60,423 nucleotides of DNA, taken from positions 1 through 60,423 of the IMG/VR virus record IMGVR_UViG_3300025133_000111; one strand, 5' to 3'. The stretch's first letter is position 1. Each line of letters opens with the position of its first letter. This DNA comes from a virus. Lineage: Duplodnaviria > Caudoviricetes. Positions 48,001-56,134 of the stretch are shown piece by piece. Both the position numbers and the translations under genes were made by a program. Under the pieces are notes generated by a model. It was given only the letters and a program-made list of their open reading frames with translations. It made no database searches and was not told the DNA's origin.

Positions 48001-48562
48001 TTATGTGAGCATTATATAAAAGCTCCAAGGCAGCCTGAACCGTTCCCGAGCTTAATGACAAAGTTGCAACAGCTGAAGCAACAGAGTCAGCAGAAACAAC
48101 CGAAATCGCCTGCGCTTTATGTCTATTTATTGCTTGCGGATGAATATGAGCTGCTAAAATTTGGTTTAGCTCATCGAGCGCATCTATAAATAGCCCTATC
48201 TTGTTATCTAAGACAGAAATTTCATTCTGAAGAAGCTGAGTTGGATAATTAAGGCGAAGTTTTGTCTCGGCTATAGCTGCTGTTTTCGAAACATCTTCAT
48301 TCGTTATTGGACCAGATAAGATTCCAGCCCTATCAAGAGCTGATCCAATAATGTTTCCATTCTCATCTAATAGGTTTCCAAGTCTTGCCGCAACGGTATT
48401 CCCAACAGCTCCCTGAGGGTTTATTCCGAGAGTTCTTTCTATGTTGAAAACTGCAGATCTAATGCTATTTAAAACATCAGAACCAATTTCCGTTATATTA
48501 TCTCTTATGGTAGGGATTTCTACAGAGGTATCAAGCTTCCCTGGATAATTTGATTTAGCCAT
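45008..48562 (-). CDS. Tail fibre/tailspike 2 with C-terminal right-handed beta-helix (possible polysaccharide depolymerase)
   Basis: 1184 aa, paralog of 48572-53833. Beta-helix cap motif GHFTTVQKAV...IFVKEGTYE...LRGTGPTSII followed by N/I-rich rungs. Confidence 0.75.
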   Translation of the reverse strand: MAKSNYPGKLDTSVEIPTIRDNITEIGSDVLNSIRSAVFNIERTLGINPQGAVGNTVAARLGNLLDENGNIIGSALDRAGILSGPITNEDVSKTAAIAETKLRLNYPTQLLQNEISVLDNKIGLFIDALDELNQILAAHIHPQAINRHKAQAISVVSADSVASAVATLSLSSGTVQAALELLYNAHINFTGANVSSSNNAHKADQLYYDNSETSDIVLSDDVQGAIDDLGNIAGVGLRKSTLNLNSNGIIRTGDTVDAYEGIDSGSILVNSSAISFSPPTGESKMIISFGGSPAVISEIKEFDVLEILNAPNDSDNADYLISSVTLDLSGNLSQIEIYGGPKNALTVGTNGRIKKSIYSTYNENALNCAVRPRFGFSNSPTIQVCLPNSATIISSGARPENIASGTADTLAIQVDEGSTYEIDIINSSYAVQSLDIVIATINQYCAENKLNFFAYKLKALNCYELALSHNVPNHADDIRARSLKIVAASSGDAAAAMGLSYIQDRLVKGSFGNSIHINGKLIDDFGKVITYNSEAISIGSGTLELNSKGTTNFITSGIRAGDLVVIDGSSSSSDDGTYSIRTVEAARLTLDFTTTLQGTLSSTSRIFILRSGAPISELNFVTLDGLMVLDVFADEDANIHFKRRLDIIGHMSIANFYAVVKDVSRGFISDGQEFTLKVDTSGMATIKQEPTGIASPEVFVGSTGEYKIFSNDGMNYIILSVFVPNESIPAISISDLTSSIFGFGELPSSALHLCRTIFSPEFGIVIEDPDAGLGGEGALNTTDKRSTGTTDDTIISSSFIERYIQGPRNELRGSGLIRGISVESVVDNGDGTSTLSIDPGVGLVNGIRIEYLGDTGLVYRHTNGPTTNFYIGLNAEGCIVIGNEIDPDAGVNYISPFYTQNIAHLAYVELSTLEITDLRLFVDHLDYKFISDVTVSKDSRFGHFTTVQKAVKYVEMFSKMFPDVGTPGIFVKEGTYELTEKLVLTFDLKLRGTGPTSIIKRASSFPLDNAAITTQGHEMILIGADSGSSTITYGIDVSDLTFEGILGQAAGQSGTVFRVTNNITATGATKARFRFSGLRFIAAADYVSGAAATGAINEMPFFIGNNSGGTYQNITIQDCYFDGVGYQQGVIYFDTTNTFKNILITGNISQRSIDLPGGFSLMQENGALNTLSGILEVNNIIETI

Positions 48563-48571
48563 TCTTTATTC

Positions 48572-51500
48572 CTATCCGCAATGATATGTGCATCCTACAA
48601 ATGCTTTTCTATAAGTTTGGCCATCATGTTCAAACTCTAAACAATTATACGATTTATTATCTAATTCAAAGTTGCAATCACAAGTTATCTTTGCAACAGT
48701 ATAATTATGGAGCAAACCTCCATCTTGCTTCATTCCGTATCCTGGAATTTCACAGGTTGTAATAAAGTCTCCATTTTCAAGATTTCCATTAATATTAGAT
48801 ATCCAAATTCCGCCTTCACCAACTGCATTGATAATGAGTCTATTATCTTTTTTATCAAAACCAGAAACAAAGGCTCCAACCGAATACTTTCTTGTATCCC
48901 CATCATCCTCTATATCAGAGATAACTCCATAGACCTTCTTGTCGTATCTATCTCTGGACAAATCAACCATCGGCAAGGCTTCATTTATTGATGCCTTCTG
49001 AGAGCCTTTTAGGTTTTTATAAATTCCTAACGATGAAACAATAAGTCCTATATTTTTTGGGTCCTTAAGTCTTTCGTCTGAATCAGATCTATGTTGCCCG
49101 GTAAAGTCTAGGTCATCAACGCCAGCTCCTGTGGCGAGAATCCAAGCCTTAGGAGTGTAGGTTGTTGGCGCACCAGTCTCTCTGTTGGCGGTAAACTCAA
49201 AATATAAAGCATCGACGCCAGAGCCACGATAATAAATGGAACAACCCTTTTCGGCTGAGGCCGGCAAGACATCGACCAATTCTAATCCGACTCCCCTTGG
49301 CTCTGCGCCCGGAAGTAACAGAATCGGATCCTGCATTATAACGAATTTAGATTTAGGCTGAGCTTCTCCGATGCCAATACTGCCATCATAACCTATAGAT
49401 AGTCTTGTGGCAGCAACTAACGATGGAGCCGGATATCCCGTTGAAGTTGGGGCTGCTGCATCTTTCGTTTTAAAATGAAGGTTGCCCTTGTCAGCATCTA
49501 CTCTTTCGAGAGTAATCGCTGCCGCTGGCCCATCTATAAAAGTAAAGCTTCCCTTAACTATGAATCCTATACCTACTTCTGTTCCGTTGGTATCTCCGTT
49601 TTGTCCTAATAGCAAATGATGATTGGCGATAGTAGAGCCGTCAGCTGCATCTGCTGTTCCGGAGGCCGTCTGTACTAGCAGAGGATTTCCGGGGAATTGG
49701 CTTCCAATTCCAACGTATTGAGTTATCGGAGCAACAGTAAGGCCCGCTATTCCATTTGTAATAATATCTACTCTGTGATTAGAGCTAGAGCCTATGATGG
49801 TATTTGCATTGACGCCGTCATCTGTTGCTTGGAAGCGACCAATAACTTTATTAGAATTCGCGTTTGAGCCAACAGATACGACTGAATACTCAATAACACT
49901 GGTATCGAAGTCAGTTATCGCTAATGTCTTTGGAATATCTCCAAAGTGTGCAATAGAGGTTGTCGCAGTAGTGCCCTCTCTGAAAACTGTAAGATCTGGG
50001 TAACTAGGCTTAACCGAAAGACCAACGCCGATTCTTCCACCTACAGAAAGAGATCTACTTATTCTATCTCCCCACTCATAAACGCCGCCTCCATCAGGAC
50101 TTGGGTCAGATATCGAATCACTACTGTCAGAAGCTGTATTTCCTCTAAATTCAATATTATTATAAAAGGCAGAGCCAACGATATCAAATATATCTCCAGT
50201 TCCAGAAGTATAGATGGCATAATGATTTTCTCCATCAACTACTCCGTCTCCCGACCCACGATATCTGTTGTTAGAAATACTTATATTAAAATGATCTATT
50301 GCGTTATAAGTATTTGTCTTAATGTGAGAGTTTAAAAACTCACAATTAGTTATGCTTATGTTTCCGACCTTAGACCCAGCGGCGGTATCTCGTCCTTGGA
50401 TTAAAACTCCATAATTAAATTCATCAAATCCAGCTTTACCAGATTCATCAAATACAACATTATCGATGTTGATCGAGTTATTTAACTTGGCCGCTCCCGC
50501 CTCAATTGTCGGATCAAGTATCATGATGCCGGATAAATTGAGCTTTAAATCTCGAATATTGATTATTCCAGAAGTCAAAACATCTGCATCACCGTCTGGA
50601 GTAGATGCTACGAGTCCCGCTCCAGCAACATATATCCAGTTGCTCATTTTGGATACGCCAGCGTTATCTCTGCTATCAACAGTTATATCTGCGTCAGTAA
50701 ATGTTCTGACTAGGTCGATAACCGTAGAAGGCCCCTCTCCGACCAAATTTACAGGGAAGTTTAACCAGATTCCGCCATCATAAGCTGGCTGAATATCTGC
50801 AGTTCCCAATGGCGTATATGCAGCAATGGTTGTGCTCATCTCTGTAATGATCTGATGCGTTCCAGACTTTAAGTGTACCGTTGGTACCCCCGCCTTTGGG
50901 AACGCCTGAGAGAACCGCTTGGCGTACTTCAGAGCCTTATTTATATCGGTGAAGTGGCCCATTCCGGGTTGCGGGCTTACCGTAATTGAATTCAGAATTC
51001 TTAGATCTAGATTATCAATAAATAATCTAAAATCAATTATATCAATTGTTACTCCATCATTTTCTGCAGATGCCAAAATAGCATAGTCATATGGACTAAA
51101 AGGACAATCACACGCGGCAGGATCAGGCGCTCGGAATATAACCTCTCCCCATTGGTTTATTCCAACATAAAATTTATCTACAACAACTGGTGGGCCGCCA
51201 GTTTCTATATCTGTTATATAACTGGATACTTCATCTAGCTCAAATCGCTTACCATGCACATAGCAAACTCCAGAAGATATGGATACAGTATATGTTGTGC
51301 CGTTATCTATAACTTGAGTTACCTCTAAGCCTCTAATAACACCATTTGATCTCGTTTCTAAGAGCGGAACTTGACAAAGTCCAGAAAGAACGTCTGTACC
51401 TATATCTTTTATTCCAATAGAACCCTTTCTTAGTTTTCCAAACGGCCTAGGATAATCTTGTCCAGCTCCAGCAATTCTGGAATTACCAGCCTCATACAAA

Positions 51501-53833
51501 ACTCTTCCTAATAGAAGGTTTTCTTCTTCATTGGGCCCGGAATAGCCAAACAGACTTATCGAGAACCCGGTTCCGTCTGCAACAATTTTTGATGCAATTT
51601 GATCAGAATCTTTAATGAAAACAGTTATTCCTAAATTATATTTTCCAGAATAAAGAGTTACATATTCCGACTTAACATTTATAAGGCTAAAAACCTCTCC
51701 AGAGTCAAGGGATAATCCAATTTCTAGGTCAGTTGGATCTGGTGATATCTTTTGAACGGATAAAGTTCCGGTATTAGTACTCGTATAAGGAGTTACATCT
51801 CCTTTAAAATCTGAAACCGCAACCAAGCTCTCTGAGCCAAAATAGGTTTCATATCCATACGTCAATCTTTCCTTATAAAATATTGAACGATTCGTTAAGT
51901 CCATAAAAACATCTACAATAGAAGCAGATGATGCACCGCCAGGAAGAACTTGGAATGCCATTTCATTTAGAGATACTGAATTTCTATATATTGTGAATTC
52001 GGTGCTATCGCTAGTCACACTTGCCCACTGATTACTTGGAAGTTGCGTTCTGTCCACGGTAAAGGAGGATGAGTTTACATCCAAAATAACATAAGTTCCG
52101 TCATCACCAACTGACTCTGTTATTACAAGAATATCTCCATCTCTCACCCCAAGCTCTTCAAAGTTTACAGTGCCTGAAGAGACAGTTGCCGTGCCAGACA
52201 GGAGGGTTAAGCCTAGCGCAGAAAGTTTGGTGCCCAATCCTGCAAATGCTTTCCCCTGAATGAGGTATTGCGATCCTATTTCCGCTGTTACGGTTATATC
52301 TTCAAAGTTTGCAAATCCAACAGAGTCTAGTGCTCCATCTGATCCTCTTGAGATTTTAATTGTGTATTCTTTTGAAGAAGAACTAGGCACAGAATGTACA
52401 AGCGCTATTTCAGAAGAATTTTTCTCATCAAAATCCACTCGGTAAGCGGTTACGCTTAATCTATTTTCTGCAAACTGTTCATTGAAAGCTTTTATAATAG
52501 AATCAATAGTCTGACTTCCGCCAGCCAAGTTTAACAATCCATCATAAAGATCTATTTGGACATTGGTAGCTCCGTCTATAGATATATTTACAAACCTATT
52601 GGTTAGGCTGATTTCAGATGGGCGAATTCCGGTAGAAATTATATTTGCAGAATCTGGGTTGGAAATCTGTATGACATCTGCATTACTAAAGGAAATAGCA
52701 CCAGAAGATTCATATTCTCTTGCGGCCAAGAGCAGACCAACAGGCTCTGATTCTCTATTTTTATTTCTAAAAATCTGGGCAGTAGTTCCGCTTTCAGATG
52801 TAGCAGGGAGGAATCCATATATATCAACACTTTCTAGTGTTGCTCCTCCAACAGCTAAATTTGCTCTTAAGATCTGAAAAGAAAGAGTTTCGCTCGAAGT
52901 TGTTATCTCTAGAATATCAGAAGTCTCTACCGACAAAGCTGGTGCCGCCGGAGAGTCTAAGAATAATACATTAGATATAAAGCTATCAGCGTCAGTGCTT
53001 GATTTCAAGTATGAAACATCACCAGCGGGCAAAAGGGAGATTCCCTTTGTCAACACCGAAGGTCCGGTGAGCAGATTTGACCTCAAAATTGAATTTGCAT
53101 GATGCAAGTTCTGATGTCCATCAACCTGTCCGACAACTAGGTCTAAAACTTCTTCGATTACCTCTTGGACATCATCGCCATCAATAAGGGCGGCAACATT
53201 TTCATTATCAAAATAAATCTGCTCGCTAGTGTGCGAGCGGTTTGTTTCTGAAATATCAGACCCATCAAAATTTATGTGAGAATCATATATTTGTTCAAAA
53301 GCTTTTTGAGCAGTCACCTCTACAGAGGATGTAATTCCGATGGGAGATGGGGCGTTTAGAATTTCAGCAATAGTTACCGCTATCCCTCTGTGCCGATTTT
53401 TGGCAGACGGATGAACGTGGGCGGCAAACAAAGCTGACAGCTCAGACACAACTTTCTCTATCAAGTCTAGCTGAGAAATTAATTGAGAGATTTCATCCTG
53501 AAGAAGCTGAGTGGGATAGTTAAGGCGAAGCTTTGTCTCAGCTATAGCGGCCGTTTTTGATACATCTTCATTGGAAATGGGTCCAGATAGCAACCCAGCT
53601 TTGGATAAAGCTTCAGATAAGATATTTCCATTTCCATCAAGAGCTTTTCCGATTCTTCCGGCAACAGAATTGCCTACAGCGCCCTGCGGATTAATACCAA
53701 GGGTTCGTTCAATCTGAAAGACAGCAGATCGAAGGCTGTTAAGCACATCCGATCCAATCTCTACAATATTATCTCTAACAGCAGGGATTTCTACAGACGT
53801 ATCTAATTTATTTGGATAATTTGACTTTGCCAT
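48572..53833 (-). CDS. Tail fibre/tailspike 1 with beta-helix, fibre repeats and a C-terminal putative intramolecular chaperone domain
   Basis: 1753 aa. Same N-terminal architecture as fibre 2; GHFTDINKA...VHLKSGTH...LVGEGPSTVI; fibre-like YVGIGS and GSIGIG repeats; terminal FTGQH...VGEGGIW...LENGDFITT...GYGMKQ...VGCTYHCG. Confidence 0.8.
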   Translation of the reverse strand: MAKSNYPNKLDTSVEIPAVRDNIVEIGSDVLNSLRSAVFQIERTLGINPQGAVGNSVAGRIGKALDGNGNILSEALSKAGLLSGPISNEDVSKTAAIAETKLRLNYPTQLLQDEISQLISQLDLIEKVVSELSALFAAHVHPSAKNRHRGIAVTIAEILNAPSPIGITSSVEVTAQKAFEQIYDSHINFDGSDISETNRSHTSEQIYFDNENVAALIDGDDVQEVIEEVLDLVVGQVDGHQNLHHANSILRSNLLTGPSVLTKGISLLPAGDVSYLKSSTDADSFISNVLFLDSPAAPALSVETSDILEITTSSETLSFQILRANLAVGGATLESVDIYGFLPATSESGTTAQIFRNKNRESEPVGLLLAAREYESSGAISFSNADVIQISNPDSANIISTGIRPSEISLTNRFVNISIDGATNVQIDLYDGLLNLAGGSQTIDSIIKAFNEQFAENRLSVTAYRVDFDEKNSSEIALVHSVPSSSSKEYTIKISRGSDGALDSVGFANFEDITVTAEIGSQYLIQGKAFAGLGTKLSALGLTLLSGTATVSSGTVNFEELGVRDGDILVITESVGDDGTYVILDVNSSSFTVDRTQLPSNQWASVTSDSTEFTIYRNSVSLNEMAFQVLPGGASSASIVDVFMDLTNRSIFYKERLTYGYETYFGSESLVAVSDFKGDVTPYTSTNTGTLSVQKISPDPTDLEIGLSLDSGEVFSLINVKSEYVTLYSGKYNLGITVFIKDSDQIASKIVADGTGFSISLFGYSGPNEEENLLLGRVLYEAGNSRIAGAGQDYPRPFGKLRKGSIGIKDIGTDVLSGLCQVPLLETRSNGVIRGLEVTQVIDNGTTYTVSISSGVCYVHGKRFELDEVSSYITDIETGGPPVVVDKFYVGINQWGEVIFRAPDPAACDCPFSPYDYAILASAENDGVTIDIIDFRLFIDNLDLRILNSITVSPQPGMGHFTDINKALKYAKRFSQAFPKAGVPTVHLKSGTHQIITEMSTTIAAYTPLGTADIQPAYDGGIWLNFPVNLVGEGPSTVIDLVRTFTDADITVDSRDNAGVSKMSNWIYVAGAGLVASTPDGDADVLTSGIINIRDLKLNLSGIMILDPTIEAGAAKLNNSINIDNVVFDESGKAGFDEFNYGVLIQGRDTAAGSKVGNISITNCEFLNSHIKTNTYNAIDHFNISISNNRYRGSGDGVVDGENHYAIYTSGTGDIFDIVGSAFYNNIEFRGNTASDSSDSISDPSPDGGGVYEWGDRISRSLSVGGRIGVGLSVKPSYPDLTVFREGTTATTSIAHFGDIPKTLAITDFDTSVIEYSVVSVGSNANSNKVIGRFQATDDGVNANTIIGSSSNHRVDIITNGIAGLTVAPITQYVGIGSQFPGNPLLVQTASGTADAADGSTIANHHLLLGQNGDTNGTEVGIGFIVKGSFTFIDGPAAAITLERVDADKGNLHFKTKDAAAPTSTGYPAPSLVAATRLSIGYDGSIGIGEAQPKSKFVIMQDPILLLPGAEPRGVGLELVDVLPASAEKGCSIYYRGSGVDALYFEFTANRETGAPTTYTPKAWILATGAGVDDLDFTGQHRSDSDERLKDPKNIGLIVSSLGIYKNLKGSQKASINEALPMVDLSRDRYDKKVYGVISDIEDDGDTRKYSVGAFVSGFDKKDNRLIINAVGEGGIWISNINGNLENGDFITTCEIPGYGMKQDGGLLHNYTVAKITCDCNFELDNKSYNCLEFEHDGQTYRKAFVGCTYHCG

Positions 53834-53904
53834 TAATTTATTCCGCTTAATATCAACATATATTATTACATGTTATTATGTTTAATTAGTATTAAACCCT
53901 ACGA

Positions 53905-54369
53905 TTATGGAGACGTAATGATTGCAAGATCAGTTGCTGAATCTGCAAGCAGGAACGATCCGATGGTTAAGCCAATTCCTAAAGATAAAAACCCTATATT
54001 CTCAAGAGTCTGAAGCTTGTCTCTTTTTCGATACTTATTGAGAAGATCTCTATCTAAAAGCTGAAGCTCTTTATACCCACTTATCTGTAGCTGATAATAT
54101 CCCTCATTCAATTTATAGAAGTCTATTTGCTGAGATCTAACAGTTTCTAGCTCCTTATACTTTGCAAGCTCTAAGGTTAGAGACGCCAAGTTCTTTTCCA
54201 GCCCTTCAATTTGGTTCTTTAGGCCAGTAGCTTCCTCGATTGTAAAAACGTAAGACTCTTGTTCTAGAATCGTCCCCGCAGGAAGTATGTCTCCAGCATA
54301 AGCATTTCCGGCTGGAAAAAACAAAGAGAGGGCGATCACACAAATGAATAAGATGATACCTTTCCTCAT
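53905..54369 (-). CDS. Exported coiled-coil protein with C-terminal hydrophobic anchor (spanin-like candidate)
   Basis: Signal-peptide-like N-terminus ending NAYA-G, central heptad coil, C-terminal IGFLSLGIGLTIGSFLLA; located in the membrane-protein cluster. Confidence 0.5.
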   Translation of the reverse strand: MRKGIILFICVIALSLFFPAGNAYAGDILPAGTILEQESYVFTIEEATGLKNQIEGLEKNLASLTLELAKYKELETVRSQQIDFYKLNEGYYQLQISGYKELQLLDRDLLNKYRKRDKLQTLENIGFLSLGIGLTIGSFLLADSATDLAIITSP

Positions 54370-54557
54370 AATTGTATCTCAACCTCACCAAGGAGAAGTA
54401 CAGGCTCAACTAAATTAGGATCTATTAGGCCTGAAAACTCCCTTATATCAATTAAAAGATGATCTTTCGGCCGAACATTTTCAGCTAAAACAATAAGCTT
54501 ATCTTTAATCTCTCCGTCCTGAATAGATTCAATCAGAGAGGTTAGCTTTTTCAACAT
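54366..54557 (-). CDS. Small hypothetical protein
   Basis: 63 aa; TAAATG junction upstream and ATGA overlap downstream suggest translational coupling. Confidence 0.65.
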   Translation of the reverse strand: MLKKLTSLIESIQDGEIKDKLIVLAENVRPKDHLLIDIREFSGLIDPNLVEPVLLLGEVEIQL

Positions 54558-54926
54558 TTAAAGACCCCTATTGTCGAAAAAATCATCCAGTTCTTCATTT
54601 GATATATCTTTTGGAATTTCTTCGTCTTCCGCTTTGGCTATTGCGGCTATCTCTTCTTTTATCTTAGCAGCCCTTTCTTCTAGGCCTAATAATTTTTCGT
54701 TGTTTTTCTCAACTTCAGTTGCAGCATTTTCTATTTTGATTTCTTCTCTAACCTTTTTTAGTTCTAACTTTAAAATGTCTTTTGTATTTACTTTTTTGTT
54801 TATAACAAAAAATAAAATGGTTCCAACAATTCCGAATAAAGCTACGAAAAAGATCTTAATTTTAATACCAAGACCCTTAATCCACTCAATAAAAGAGTTT
54901 TTCTTTTTTCCTTCTTCGTTACTCAT
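54558..54926 (-). CDS. Single-pass membrane coiled-coil protein (i-spanin/Rz-like candidate)
   Basis: Basic N-terminus, one TM helix IFFVALFGIVGTILFFVI, then a charged coiled coil; overlaps the holin-like gene by 8 nt. Confidence 0.55.
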   Translation of the reverse strand: MSNEEGKKKNSFIEWIKGLGIKIKIFFVALFGIVGTILFFVINKKVNTKDILKLELKKVREEIKIENAATEVEKNNEKLLGLEERAAKIKEEIAAIAKAEDEEIPKDISNEELDDFFDNRGL

Positions 54927-55176
54927 CTTTCTCCTCTAGAGGTTTTGGCTCAAACTTTTTATCTGTCCATCGTCTTGTTACATAAGCAGAAAAGGTTGCA
55001 GCTAAGTAAGCTGTCATAGCTCCTGCATCCATAGACTCAAAAGTAATCTCAAAGGAATTATACGTTATATTCCCAAATGTAGCCAACAGAATGTTGATAG
55101 TAACCACTAAAAATGCGAAAAAAGCGAAGGTAAGCATTGCGTCTTCACGACCTGATGTGTTTTTAATCCATTTCAT
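54919..55176 (-). CDS. Putative class II-like holin
   Basis: 85 aa, two hydrophobic helices, charged C-terminal tail, AGGAGA RBS. Confidence 0.55.
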   Translation of the reverse strand: MKWIKNTSGREDAMLTFAFFAFLVVTINILLATFGNITYNSFEITFESMDAGAMTAYLAATFSAYVTRRWTDKKFEPKPLEEKDE

Positions 55177-55191
55177 CTTGATTCTCCTTAA

Positions 55192-55815
55192 TTATAAATT
55201 TAAATAATTATTTATTTTGTTTATATGAGCCTTAAACTGTTTGATATTTAAGTCAGACTTCATCCAGTTACACGTCTTACAGCAGGGTACACAATTTCCT
55301 TCGACATAGCCAATCTTATTATCAACTCTGTCTATCCCAACTCCACCCATTTTAATTCCACAATAGAAGCAGTCTTTTTTCCAAAAACTAAAAAATTGAA
55401 GTTTACTTAAAAGAAAATCTCTTTTATATTTCTTTGAAGTATACTTGTAAATTTTATATCTAGAATTAGACTCTCTAAGCTTATTGGAATCTGGGTATCT
55501 AGGCAGAACAATGGCCTTTTTAATTAAATTTAAATCTTTTGCGTTTTTCTTAATATTAGAAACTAGCTTATAAAATAATTTTTCACTTAAATTAGACTTA
55601 AATCTATTACATTCAGCACAGCAAGATCTTATATTTTCTAAAGAATATCCTAGCAAGCTATCAATTCTATCTAATCCTATGGTCTCTATTTTCTCTCCAC
55701 AATAAAAGCATGACTTTCCCCAAAATAATATAAATTCATCAAATGAAATATCAAAAGAAAGATTGCGCTTCTTAGCTCCGGCTAGATAATGAGAATATCT
55801 TCTCTTAGGAGTCAT
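55192..55815 (-). CDS. HNH-family (His-Me finger) endonuclease with two tandem nuclease-like domains
   Basis: Two copies of CFYCG...G(L/I)DR(I/V)D...GY...N...CCxxCNxxKS; visibly more AT-rich than the flanking structural genes. Confidence 0.85.
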   Translation of the reverse strand: MTPKRRYSHYLAGAKKRNLSFDISFDEFILFWGKSCFYCGEKIETIGLDRIDSLLGYSLENIRSCCAECNRFKSNLSEKLFYKLVSNIKKNAKDLNLIKKAIVLPRYPDSNKLRESNSRYKIYKYTSKKYKRDFLLSKLQFFSFWKKDCFYCGIKMGGVGIDRVDNKIGYVEGNCVPCCKTCNWMKSDLNIKQFKAHINKINNYLNL

Positions 55816-56132
55816 TTTGTATTTTTCGTTATATTTCCTCCCACCTCTGATCTTCTCTTCTTGACGGTTGGTCTTGAATGATACTCTTTCGTCTGAAGAA
55901 GCCTCTCTTCTCTATTTTTATAATAATTTTCTAAATTCTTTTTGTTCTTTTTGTTTTTATTTTGCTTATACCATTCTTTGTGGTAAGCAGAATGTTTGGA
56001 TTTTGTTTCAATTCTATCTTCTTTAATGCAGAGCTTGCTTCTGGACTCAAGTCCAAAGGGCTTTCTTTTGTTTTTGTAAAACTCAGAAAATTTCTTTTCT
56101 TCATAACATTTCGTACATTTTTTAACGGTCAT
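55812..56132 (-). CDS. Basic Zn-finger-like protein, probably the separated N-terminal part of the adjacent HNH endonuclease
   Basis: Start MTVKKCTKC at ATG 56132. CTKC...EFYKNK...GLESRSKLC (second CxxC appears as SxxC) and a Lys/Tyr-rich helix typical of phage HNH N-termini. Confidence 0.65.
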   Translation of the reverse strand: MTVKKCTKCYEEKKFSEFYKNKRKPFGLESRSKLCIKEDRIETKSKHSAYHKEWYKQNKNKKNKKNLENYYKNREERLLQTKEYHSRPTVKKRRSEVGGNITKNTK

Positions 56133-56134
56133 AA

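Noticed and set aside
45008-53833. Diversity-generating retroelement or invertible fibre cassette
   Set aside because: No reverse transcriptase or invertase in the window. The repeated DNA is at the 5' ends, in direct orientation, and differs mainly at synonymous positions rather than specifically at adenines.
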